Source of the DNA: an uncultured Methanospirillum sp.
GTDB lineage: Archaea; Halobacteriota; Methanomicrobia; Methanomicrobiales; Methanospirillaceae
Reading direction: 5' to 3'
NCBI GenBank assembly: GCA_963668475.1
Contig: OY764544.1
Coordinates: 3,407,986 to 3,471,985 of the forward strand
Length of the DNA: 64,000 nt
Every line of letters begins with the position of its first letter. Within the stretch, counting starts at the first letter, position 1. Under the pieces are notes generated by a model. It worked only from the letters and a program-made list of their open reading frames with translations. It had not been told where the DNA came from and made no database searches. A program made the translations under genes and the position numbers. Positions 49,701 to 57,800 of the stretch are shown in pieces.

Positions 49701-52537
49701 ACGTACCCATAGTTCTGGTGCGAATTCAACATCAGAGCGGGATTGGTCTGATAAAAGAGATGGTTCAGGCCCATGAGTACTGGCGAATAAAAGGCCTGAT
49801 GGTTGATCTGGTGATCTGGAATGAGGAACAGTCAGGTTACAGGCAGGAACTGCATGATGAGATCATGCGTCAGATTCCCCAGGGTTCTGATCATCCCCAA
49901 TTAAATCAGAAAGGGGGCATCTTCATACGACATATGGAACAGATGTCAGATGAGGATCGTATCCTGATTCAGACCGTGGCACGGGCAATAATTTCTGATC
50001 GGAGGGGCAGTCTTGCGATACAACTCGACCGGCCTGGCTGGATTGTAACTCCTGTACCTGAACTTATCCCAACCAGGGAATCAATTCATGAGAATGATCC
50101 AGGGATCAGCATTTCTGGTGAAGACCTTCTCTATTTCAACGATATTGGGGGATTTTCGCCTGATGGAAAGGAGTACATCATCTTCACCGGGAAAGGAAAG
50201 GTAACTCCGGCACCCTGGGTAAATGTCCTGGCAAATGAGAATTTTGGGACCGTGATATCAGAGAGTGGGAGTGCTTACACCTGGAGTGAGAATGCCCATG
50301 AGTTCAGACTTACTCCCTGGACAAACGATCCGGTCTCTGATCCCTCTGGTGAGGCCCTGTATATCAGGGATGAAGAAACCGGTAGGTTCTGGTCTCCAAC
50401 TCCCTTACCCGTCAGAGGGCATAACAATTATAAAACCAGGCATGGATTTGGCTATTCAATCTTTGAATACTCAGGATATGGGATTTATACCACACTAACA
50501 GTCTCTGTATCGCTTGATAATCAGGTAAAATTCCTCTCTCTCCGTGTGAAGAATCAGTCAGGACAGTCCCGTATCCTCTCGGTAACCTGCTATGTTGAAT
50601 GGGTTTTAGGAGAACTCAGGTCTCGATCACTGCCCTATGTAATATCAGAGATAGATCCGGTTACCGGAGCAATCTTTGCTAAAAATCCATATAATTCTGA
50701 ATTTCCTGGACGGGTTGCCTTTCTTGACTCAAATGTCCTAAGCAGAACTATTACCGGCGACCGGTATGAATTCATCGGGCGGAACCGTTCGATGGAAAAA
50801 CCTGCAGCAATGGAGCAGGAACGGCTCTCCAACAAAGTCGGAGCAGGTCTTGACCCGTGTGCGGCTCTCCAGGTCTTATGTGACCTAGTCGATGGTGAGG
50901 AACGTGAGATCATCTTTACCCTCGGACTCGGTCGTGATGAGGAAGATGCACGAAGTCTTGTTCTCCGCAGTCGCGGGATTACAACTGCACGTGCATCACT
51001 GAAAGCGGTACAGGAGTTCTGGGCATCAACGCTTGGTGCTGTGAATATTGCGACACCTGATCCCTCTGTGGATCTTCTTGTCAACGGGTGGCTTCTCTAT
51101 CAGACTATTGTCTCCCGCCTCTGGGCACGTTCTGGTTTTTATCAGTCAGGAGGAGCGTTTGGATTTCGGGATCAACTACAGGATGTGATGGCTCTTATCC
51201 ATGCTAAACCAGATCTTGCAAGAAGACAGATCCTCCTCTGTGCCGGGCATCAGTTTTCAGAAGGTGATGTGCAGCACTGGTGGCATCCGCCTATTGGTCG
51301 TGGAGTGAGGACTCACTGTTCTGATGATTATTTATGGCTCCCGTATGTAACCTCTAGGTATGTAACCGGGACCCGTGATTTTGGGATTCTTGACGAAATG
51401 GCTCCTTTTCTTGAAGGGAGAGAACTACTCCCTGACGAGGACTCATATTATGATCTCCCTGGAATCTCCGGATCAGCAGATACGCTCTATGAACATTGTG
51501 TCCGGGCCATCAGGTCAGGACTGATGGTTGGTGTTCATGGCCTTCCGTTGATGGGAACCGGAGACTGGAACGATGGAATGAATCTTGTCGGGGCAGGAGG
51601 GCAGGGAGAGAGTGTATGGCTCGGATTTTTCCTCTATGATCTGCTTACACGGTTTGCCAGGATCTCTACGCTTCACAACGATCCAAAATTTGCAGAATAT
51701 TGCCAGGTATATGCTGATCAGTTGAGGGAAAGCCTTGAGAAAAATGGGTGGGACGGGGAATGGTACCGCCGTGCCTATTTCGATTCAGGACAGCCACTCG
51801 GATCTTCAATCAATCAGGAATGCAGGATAGATTCAATCGCCCAGAGTTGGTCTGTCCTCTCGGGTGCTGGATCAACAGAGAGGACTGTCTCTGCAATGAA
51901 AGCAGTAGGCACTCATCTTATCAGATCCGATGATGGGCTGGTATCTCTCTTTACCCCTCCGTTTGATTCATCGCTCATGAATCCCGGGTACATTAAAGGA
52001 TATGTGCCCGGCGTCAGAGAAAACGGAGGGCATTACTCCCATGCAGCCATCTGGGTTGCAATGGCATTTGCTATGCTAAAGGATCACGAACAGGCCTGGA
52101 AACTGCTGTCGTTTATCAGCCCGATTAATCATTGTAAAACTCATCATGATGTTCTAAAATACCGGGTTGAGCCGTATGTTGTTGCATCTGATATCTATAC
52201 TGCTCCTCCCTACTCAGGACGTGGAGGCTGGACCTGGTATTCTGGATCTGCCGGCTGGATGTATACACTGATTATTGAATCTCTACTCGGACTTGAGATA
52301 CATGGCGATCAAATGGCATTCAATCCCTGTATCCCTGAGGTCTGGAAATCATACCGGATTTATTTAAGATACAAGTCTTCCAGATATCATATCTCTGTCA
52401 TAAAGGCCGGTCCGGGATCAGCAGTAAAATCGGTGAGTGTTGAGGGAAAAACTCAGTCTGATAAAATGGTACATCTTGTTGATGATGGGGGGGATCGTCA
52501 GGTTGTGGTAGAGCTTGGTGATACATCCCTATTATAG
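43751..52537 (+). CDS. ndvB: Cyclic beta-1,2-glucan synthase homolog (GT84, cyclisation/glycoamylase-like domain, GH94 phosphorylase)
   Basis: 2928 aa. Motifs EWLLDNFYL, GYERKRG.L, YVITLDTDT, LSHDLLEG, RRHRWIRGDWQ, membrane segments, YDLLASEARL, SWSGSMFEYLMP, PWG.SES, QSGGAFGFRDQLQD, GTGDWNDGMN, ENGG.YSHAA.W and GGWTWYSGSAGW. Confidence 0.95.
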   Translation: MKKIFVSRKEHTDKLSNREQIDRGPLRDELFSRDQLEKHAKEIAGCYRVDTRKGEDRLLPRLTDNEQVLLKTHKLLNTVIEENSPVAPAGEWLLDNFYLVEEQIRTARLHLPEEYSKELPHLANGPLEGYPRVYHIARELIAHSDGRIDTENLFAFIDAYQQVTPLKLGELWAIPIMFRLALIENLRRVADIISENRSDRDSANYWVDRMTRMAQHDPKSLILVIADMARSDPPLTSAFVAEMSRQLQGSSGPLLFALSWIEQRLSEKNQTPEQMISAEIQAQAADQVSFGNSISSLRLLDTSDWRTFVERLSIVEHTLRSDPADEYADMDFETRDRYRHVVEEIARNGGISEDLVAEKAVELASLARSRDKQNGRESHLGYYLIDDGREALENALLYHASGISQIKRSGLAHFFPLYIGGIVSITLLVLYVVLSRFIFLDWFITLPILILLLFPVSQAAMNVMNWACTLFFTPVSLPKMDYSKGIPGNRRTVVVIPTVLSGFSDISKLLDSLEVRFLANKEKNLYFTLLTDLKNAPAAQMPEDEKLVSLLSSGIENLNEKYREENPDTFFLMHRNRTYSPGERIFMGYERKRGILEAFSTFLSDPKENQFSHVAGNPDVLTDITYVITLDTDTDLPRNSARTLIGTIAHPLNRPQIDPEIRVIKKGYGILQPRVAISLSESGISRFVSLFGGEQGIDPYTRVVSDLYQDVFHEGSFIGKGIYDLETFSLAVKGRFPENLILSHDLLEGCYARTGLVSDVQVFEEYPISYLTDIIRRHRWIRGDWQILPWIFSSVPDSSFKKQQNPLSLLSRWKIFDNLRRSLIAPVTFLLFLLSWTILEDSLFWTGFIISLFLIPPVIIVTQKIIRKPGEHTWRMHIHDMGHDLRVQIAVPLLTLAFLPFEAYISLDAIVRSCWRMTISHQNLLEWTTHQEAGQMGVSDVSSSYRIMWPAPVIGATLFLLAGILPVSFTLCCIPFACAWILSPIAAWWISQPIISRTLPLSPEQNRYLRRIARKTWRFFETFVTAEDHHLPPDNYQEQPVEVVAHRTSPTDIGLSLLANLTAYDFGYISAGEFLDRTHSTLTTMGKLKRFRGHFYNWYDTITLEPLLPRYISTVDSGNLVGDLLVLRQGLYELPDLSVISQKYSEGLSDVLHLLIDALKASEESMGEVPVLVLSKIADLKESLFHIPETAPEINHSLSDLNEMSSDLLAELCSHPDEEVRWWADATRRQIKSHEAEVTSFISWVSTGSHPDTVFDEIPAELSPSLALFLKKYESLSNHIPTFREEADIIEVFQRDLAPLLEWVATDKTPANTSGTGYQWLVRTMEEMQISSKRAKDLLLMVSNLADECETYSDIEYEFLYDQTSKLLAIGYNATDLKRDASFYDLLASEARLASFIGIARGDLPQEHWFALGRLLTTVGKGRSTLISWSGSMFEYLMPLLLMPNYENTLLDRTYRAVVTRQIEYGRQRNVPWGISESGYNIIDASQNYQYRAFGVPGLGFKRGLSEDLVIAPYASVMGLMVHPSLTYMNLKEMESLGYSGTYGFYEAVDFTPSRIPPGQNHTIVKSFMVHHQGMALLSLAYILLNRPMQRRFESDPSLKATLMLLQEKMPRITPFYPHTGDVQGVHKKNGDAESLMRIFQTAHTPRPEVHLLSNGHYHVMVNNSGSGYSRWNDLAVTRWREDPTADNLGTFCYIRDLASGEFWSNGYQPTKKNPETFQTTFKQARAEFRRRDREFDTRTEIIVSPEDDVELRRIRVTNRSWKRRTLEFTSYAEVVLAPQTSDESHPAFSNLFVQTELLQEKNAIIATRRPRSEDEKPPWMLHLMTVHGTVVRKISFETVRANFIGRTNSLSNPAAMTDSSVLSNSSGSVLDPVVAIRCTIILDPQETAGVNIFTGVSESRDKSVALVDKYYDSYIADRVSELAWTHAQVVLKQLNATERDARLFGSLASSIIYAHPSRRASQKVLEKNSRGQSGLWGYGISGDVPIVLVRIQHQSGIGLIKEMVQAHEYWRIKGLMVDLVIWNEEQSGYRQELHDEIMRQIPQGSDHPQLNQKGGIFIRHMEQMSDEDRILIQTVARAIISDRRGSLAIQLDRPGWIVTPVPELIPTRESIHENDPGISISGEDLLYFNDIGGFSPDGKEYIIFTGKGKVTPAPWVNVLANENFGTVISESGSAYTWSENAHEFRLTPWTNDPVSDPSGEALYIRDEETGRFWSPTPLPVRGHNNYKTRHGFGYSIFEYSGYGIYTTLTVSVSLDNQVKFLSLRVKNQSGQSRILSVTCYVEWVLGELRSRSLPYVISEIDPVTGAIFAKNPYNSEFPGRVAFLDSNVLSRTITGDRYEFIGRNRSMEKPAAMEQERLSNKVGAGLDPCAALQVLCDLVDGEEREIIFTLGLGRDEEDARSLVLRSRGITTARASLKAVQEFWASTLGAVNIATPDPSVDLLVNGWLLYQTIVSRLWARSGFYQSGGAFGFRDQLQDVMALIHAKPDLARRQILLCAGHQFSEGDVQHWWHPPIGRGVRTHCSDDYLWLPYVTSRYVTGTRDFGILDEMAPFLEGRELLPDEDSYYDLPGISGSADTLYEHCVRAIRSGLMVGVHGLPLMGTGDWNDGMNLVGAGGQGESVWLGFFLYDLLTRFARISTLHNDPKFAEYCQVYADQLRESLEKNGWDGEWYRRAYFDSGQPLGSSINQECRIDSIAQSWSVLSGAGSTERTVSAMKAVGTHLIRSDDGLVSLFTPPFDSSLMNPGYIKGYVPGVRENGGHYSHAAIWVAMAFAMLKDHEQAWKLLSFISPINHCKTHHDVLKYRVEPYVVASDIYTAPPYSGRGGWTWYSGSAGWMYTLIIESLLGLEIHGDQMAFNPCIPEVWKSYRIYLRYKSSRYHISVIKAGPGSAVKSVSVEGKTQSDKMVHLVDDGGDRQVVVELGDTSLL

Positions 52538-53659
52538 AGAATAGTGCAAAACCCTCTTTTTTATCTAAGTGCGTAGAATAATAAGTATGAATTTTACATC
52601 ATTTTTCCTTTCTCAAAACTATCAAAAAGTAGCTGCACTCGGAAATCGTTTAGGGCTAATTGAAGAAATAATCGATTGGGAGCAATTCAGGCCAATTATC
52701 GGAGATATTTTCAATGATGACCTTATTGATGGTGGTAGACCCCATACAGATGAGATAATTTTGATCAAACTTTTAGTTCTTCAACAGTGGCATGGACTCA
52801 CTGATTACGAATTAGAAATCCAAGCCCTCGATAGGGCATCTTTCCAACATTTTTTGGGTTATCCTGAATCAATTCCGGATCGATCTACTATTTGGAGATT
52901 CCGAGAGAGATTGATCAAAAACAACAAGGAAGAGGCAATATGGATGGAACTTCAGAGACAGATAGATGAAAGGGGTTTAACCATTAAACGAGGTATGATT
53001 CAAGATGCTACATTTATCCTTTCTGATCCGGGCCATGCTAAATCGGATAAACCACGAGGTGATGAAGCGAAAACGAGAAGATCGAAAGATGGAACTTGGG
53101 TAAAGAAAGGTCAAAAATCACACTTTGGGTATAAACTCCATACAATAGTTGATAAAGAAACTCAACTTATACGACGGTTTGCTACGACTACAGCAAGTCT
53201 ACATGATAGCCAGATCGACCTTTCTGAACCTGGTGAAACTGTATATCGAGATCGAGGTTACTTTGGTACAACTGTGAGGGGCTCAATGGATAAAACAATG
53301 AAGAAAGCAACTCGTAATCACCCAATCTCTACCAAAGACAAACGAAGAAATAAAGCAATATCAAGGGTTCGTTCTCTTGTTGAAAGGCCATATGCAGTGA
53401 TTAAAAGAGTCTTCCATGCTGGTCATATGATGGTAACAACAGTTGAGAGAGTCAACCTAAAAAATATGTTTACGTGCTTTTCTTATGACCTATATCGGAT
53501 GAGTGGAATTCAACAAAGTTGATTGGATAGCGATAGCTATCTTCTTCCAGCCGGACAAATTTTAAATAAAAGCACATTTAGTCATTTTTTCTTAAAAAAT
53601 CAAACGTCTGAATAAGATCTCAAAAAAGTTATGGTAATCTGGGGTTAATCGCTATCCTC
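52537..53659 (+). mobile_element. Complete IS5-family insertion sequence, 1123 bp, with a 4-bp TATA target-site duplication
   Basis: Imperfect TIRs GAGAATAGTGCAAAACCC / GGGTTAATCGCTATCCTC (13/18). TATA at 52533-52536 and 53660-53663. Confidence 0.9.
52587..53522 (+). CDS. IS5-family DDE transposase
   Basis: GGRP......KLL.LQQW.GL.D.ELE....DR.SF..FLG....IPD.STIWRFRERL; catalytic IQDATF, YRDRGY and RSLVERP. Confidence 0.95.
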   Translation: MNFTSFFLSQNYQKVAALGNRLGLIEEIIDWEQFRPIIGDIFNDDLIDGGRPHTDEIILIKLLVLQQWHGLTDYELEIQALDRASFQHFLGYPESIPDRSTIWRFRERLIKNNKEEAIWMELQRQIDERGLTIKRGMIQDATFILSDPGHAKSDKPRGDEAKTRRSKDGTWVKKGQKSHFGYKLHTIVDKETQLIRRFATTTASLHDSQIDLSEPGETVYRDRGYFGTTVRGSMDKTMKKATRNHPISTKDKRRNKAISRVRSLVERPYAVIKRVFHAGHMMVTTVERVNLKNMFTCFSYDLYRMSGIQQS

Positions 53660-53753
53660 TATAATTGAGATCCCTGGCTTATGTTCTGATATTCTGGATG
53701 TGGTGCCAAAAATGATGAAAAAAGAACATTCATGCAATGATGATCTGTATTGA

Positions 53754-54035
53754 TCAGTACCCAATCATCGATTCTGAGTACTCTCTTTTATTGAGATGAT
53801 AGATACAAGGTTGTTTTTTGGATTGTTCTTCTGATAAGTTGTATCTGTGCGTTTTGATCTCCCAAAAATTGGGCATCTTCTCATCACCGAGAATACTTGC
53901 ATACCCCGACTCTCCAACCATATTAAAGTTACAATGAAGGTTGCCATCTTCTTCTTTCAGGCAATGGATACATCTTCGTGAAATATCTTCACTTACACAT
54001 GGCCTGATTGATCTTTCTTCTATTGGAGGTATCAT
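53754..54035 (-). CDS. Small Cys/His-rich hypothetical protein
   Basis: 93 aa with a GGAG RBS; C..RCIHC......HC...C.YH spacing. Confidence 0.55.
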   Translation of the reverse strand: MIPPIEERSIRPCVSEDISRRCIHCLKEEDGNLHCNFNMVGESGYASILGDEKMPNFWEIKTHRYNLSEEQSKKQPCIYHLNKREYSESMIGY

Positions 54036-54307
54036 ACTCCCAATCAGTCTTACTTCCCTTTAATTGTTATTGCAGTACGGTACACTATGTACATTTCAGA
54101 TCTCATCAGTCACTTTCGAGATGTAAAATACACATAGTTGTGAACTCACACATTAGGGAGCAGGCTATCAGGTTTAGTGCACTATTATCCCAGATCGAAA
54201 AAATAGGGCAGAATTCATGAATATTTTATATCACATTTCTGATTCTAAAATCTGTTTTTCAATGCCCATACTATATGCCCTCATTGCAATACAGTAAATG
54301 ATAAAAT

Positions 54308-54787
54308 ATGAAAACGCTTGATCAGATAAAATCGTATAAACCTGAAGAAATTAGTTGGGTTGACTTCGTAATGGTATTACTAATCTTCTTCTCCATGACC
54401 TCTTTTATCTTTATTGGAATATTAAACCTGGTTTCTGTGTACATGTCTATCTTTGTATTTTTTAGTGGGCTTGACGGACCAATAACTGATACCCGAATAT
54501 TAGGAATTATTAGTACAACTCTTTTGACGATCATAATTGTAGAACTCTATATAACTGTAAAAGAACTTAAAAATGGTAATATTGATATTAAACTGATTTT
54601 AATTATTGGGTTGACTGCAATAATCAGACATTTTATACTGTTGATATCGCAGGATTTTAGTGAAAAGGATGTATTTGCCATGATTGGACTTGCAGTTGTT
54701 ATGATGTTGTTTATATTCGGGTTATGGATTGTCAAAAGTAGAAATATTGATAGTATCTCCAATATCTGGGCCCCTGTCAAAAAATAA
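54308..54787 (+). CDS. PsiE (phosphate-starvation-inducible E)-family membrane protein
   Basis: Four TM helices and the motif LL.II..EL..TV......I....IL.I.L.AIIR..I; strongly AT-rich. Confidence 0.75.
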   Translation: MKTLDQIKSYKPEEISWVDFVMVLLIFFSMTSFIFIGILNLVSVYMSIFVFFSGLDGPITDTRILGIISTTLLTIIIVELYITVKELKNGNIDIKLILIIGLTAIIRHFILLISQDFSEKDVFAMIGLAVVMMLFIFGLWIVKSRNIDSISNIWAPVKK

Positions 54788-54800
54788 AATAGTTACAGGT

Positions 54801-57800
54801 TCACTCTTTGCCTGTTCTGAATTTACCTGGGGGTATCATAATCTCAAATTTTGCACCTGTTCCTTCCACTCCACATTCATGAATTGAAAGCCCGGTAATT
54901 GAAAGGATCTCCTGGGCTAGAAAAAGACCTATTCCGGTATGTTTCCCATATCCATGGTTAAAGATCAGACTTTTCTGATCTTCAGGGATTCCTCCCCCAT
55001 TATCCTCACAGATAATGATGTACCTCCCATCCTGTTCCCGGGTAAAAAAATGTATCCTGCTCAAATTCTTCCCATGACGGATTGCATTCTCCATGAGGGT
55101 GGCAAATACTTTACGTAGAATAGGTTCAGCGTAAATCTCCAGATTCTTTGGGATATGGTTCTCAATGATGACACCTTCAGGGTTAATCTCTGTTACTGCA
55201 GAGTCAATTATTTGGGAAACCAACTGCCATCCACTTGATATGGTACCAAAACTCTCGTAATCCTTGGTAAAACCAATAGTTGCTTCCATTCGTTTACAAG
55301 CATCGTTAGAGGTTTTTAACAGTTTTTGGAAGGTATCAGGATCTGACTCTTCACCAAGTAAATACAAAGTTCCCTGAATTACAGAGATCTGGTTGATGAT
55401 ATCATGTCGTGTAAGGCTGGATAAAAGTTTAAGTTTATTGTTGGCCTCATGAAAGGCCTCCTTTGTTCTGTATAACTCAGAAGCATCTTCCATGGCAAGG
55501 AGGATAAGATTCTGACCTCCTTTTTTATTCCATATGCATCTGGCGTTCAGAATAAGGGTTTTCTCTCCAATGCCCGGAATATTTACATTTACAGTAACGT
55601 CTTCAAATGAGGTTTTTTCGGGGACAATTGTGTGCAAAAGGGTTATGAGGTGAGGAATACTCCACTGACTGCTCCCTATCTCGATGAGATTTTTCCCCTC
55701 TGTTTCGGCTGGCGATGTCAGAAACATTTGGTAATATGAATGACTTACTGAGATCACTGTTAAATCATTATCTAATATCAGAAGAGGTTCCCGTATGGTA
55801 TCTATTATATTCTCAGCATATTCCTGGGATCGGACTGACTCTTCTTCTGCTCTCTTTCTGATATTTATGTCTATAAAGGAGAGAACGACTCCATCGATAA
55901 CATTTTTTAGTGTCCGGTATGGGAGTATCCTGACAAGGAACCATCGATTATCGATTGTCTGTATCTCTTTTTCCTTTGGTATTAATGAATCAAGAACCAT
56001 ACCTGCCTCTTCAAGCAGAGTATCGTTGAGAATGAGAGATTTGATGTCTGAAAGCGGTCTTCCAACATCAGAGCTGACAAGTTTGTAGAGAGTAACTATC
56101 TCCGGGGTAAACCATCTGACTTTAAGGTCGATATTCAGAAAGATGGTGCCGACTCCTGTGCTGCTCAGGAGGTTTTTCATGTCGCTTTGAATGTCCGCCA
56201 GTTGTATGATCTTCTCCTGCAACTCCGCATTCACGGACATGATCTCTTCATTAACTGACTGTATCTCTTCTTTTGATGTTTCCAGTTCTTCGTTTGTAGA
56301 TTGCAATTCTTCGTTCGTCGATTGCAGTTCTTCGTTTGTTGACTTGAGTTCTTCGTTCGCAGCCTGCATCTCTTCTATTGTTGCCTGCAGATTCTCTTTT
56401 GTATACAATAACTCCTGCTCAAGTTCAGTTACCCGTTCAGGGTTAATATGACTGGTATCCAATTTTTCTTTCTGAATGGATCCTTCCTGAGACCCTTCTG
56501 CCAGATGGAAACTGATGATAAGATTACCATGCAGAGTCCCTGAATGAGTGATTGGTCGGACCTCCAGATTGACTGTTTCATAACCGCCATTGGTCCTGAC
56601 CTGCAAATTTTTACACGTAACTACTGTCTGCTGCGTTTTTGAAGTGAATATTGCTGTCCTGAGATCCAGTTGTAATCCCTCACGTGCCATCTCGACAACA
56701 GATAGTGTTGCCTGACCCTGGGCAGGACGAAGAAATTTACCGGTATCTCCATGTACATACAGAATAGTGCCTGTGTCATCGGTAACCACCGAAGGTGGAG
56801 CATATGCCTGGAGTAATTCCCGCCGTGTCTGTTCGACTATTGATGCATCCATGCGTCCGGAATGGATATCTGAATTTGGGATGGGAGGATGTACGTCTCT
56901 TAAGGCAAGAGGAGTTTCCACTAATATCTGGCCCGCGTTTTTTATACCTGAAGCCTCATAAATTCTCCATTTCCTGTTAATTTGTTTGAAAAGGTCTTGA
57001 AAGCCTCCGATACTTTCAGATGATGAAAGGAAAAGAATTCCACCGGGTTTTAGTGCATAATGAAATGCAGGGATGAGTCTTGACTGGAGTTCTGATTCAA
57101 GGTAAATGAGAAGGTTACGGCAACTGAGAAGATCAAGTCTGGTAAACGGGGGATCTTTAATGAGATCCTGGGTTGCATAAATCACCATCTCCCTGATGTC
57201 CTTGTTTATCTGAAATCCGGCATCCTGCCTGATAAAATATTTTTTGAGGCGTTCAGGGGAGATATCTGCAGCAATATTTGGCGGATAGAATCCTTTTCGT
57301 GCGACGGCTATTACATCTTCAGCTATATCTGTGCTATAAATCTGAACTTTACAATCTTTCTCCAGATCCTCGAGTACTTCTCTGATTATGATGGCAAGTG
57401 AGTAGGCTTCTTCACCGGTTGCACAACCGGGAACCCAGACCCTGAATGATTCATATTCATTCTTATTTCGGATCAGATCAGGAAGAACATTTGTCTTTAA
57501 AAATCCGAACGCTTCCGGATCCCGAAAGAAACTGGTGACATTAATGAGTATTTCACGAAAGAGTATCTTTACCTCATCCGGATGTTCTTCCACATACCTA
57601 GCATAACCTGAAATATCCTCAATAGCAAGAATTGACATGCGTCTTGCGATCCTGCGGTTTATTGTACTCTTTTTGTATTTTGAAAAATCGTGTCCTGTCC
57701 GTGTCCTGATAATTCTCAATATCCTGATAATGGCACCCTTAATATCAGGTTCTTTAGTTTCATCAATGGCTGGATGAGACAGTGGTATTGGACCAAACAG

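Noticed and set aside
56221-56400. Tandem 21-bp-period repeat (GAAGAA/CTGCAA-type) in the CheBR gene
   Set aside because: It is fully explained by the heptad coiled-coil repeat EELQSTN of the protein.
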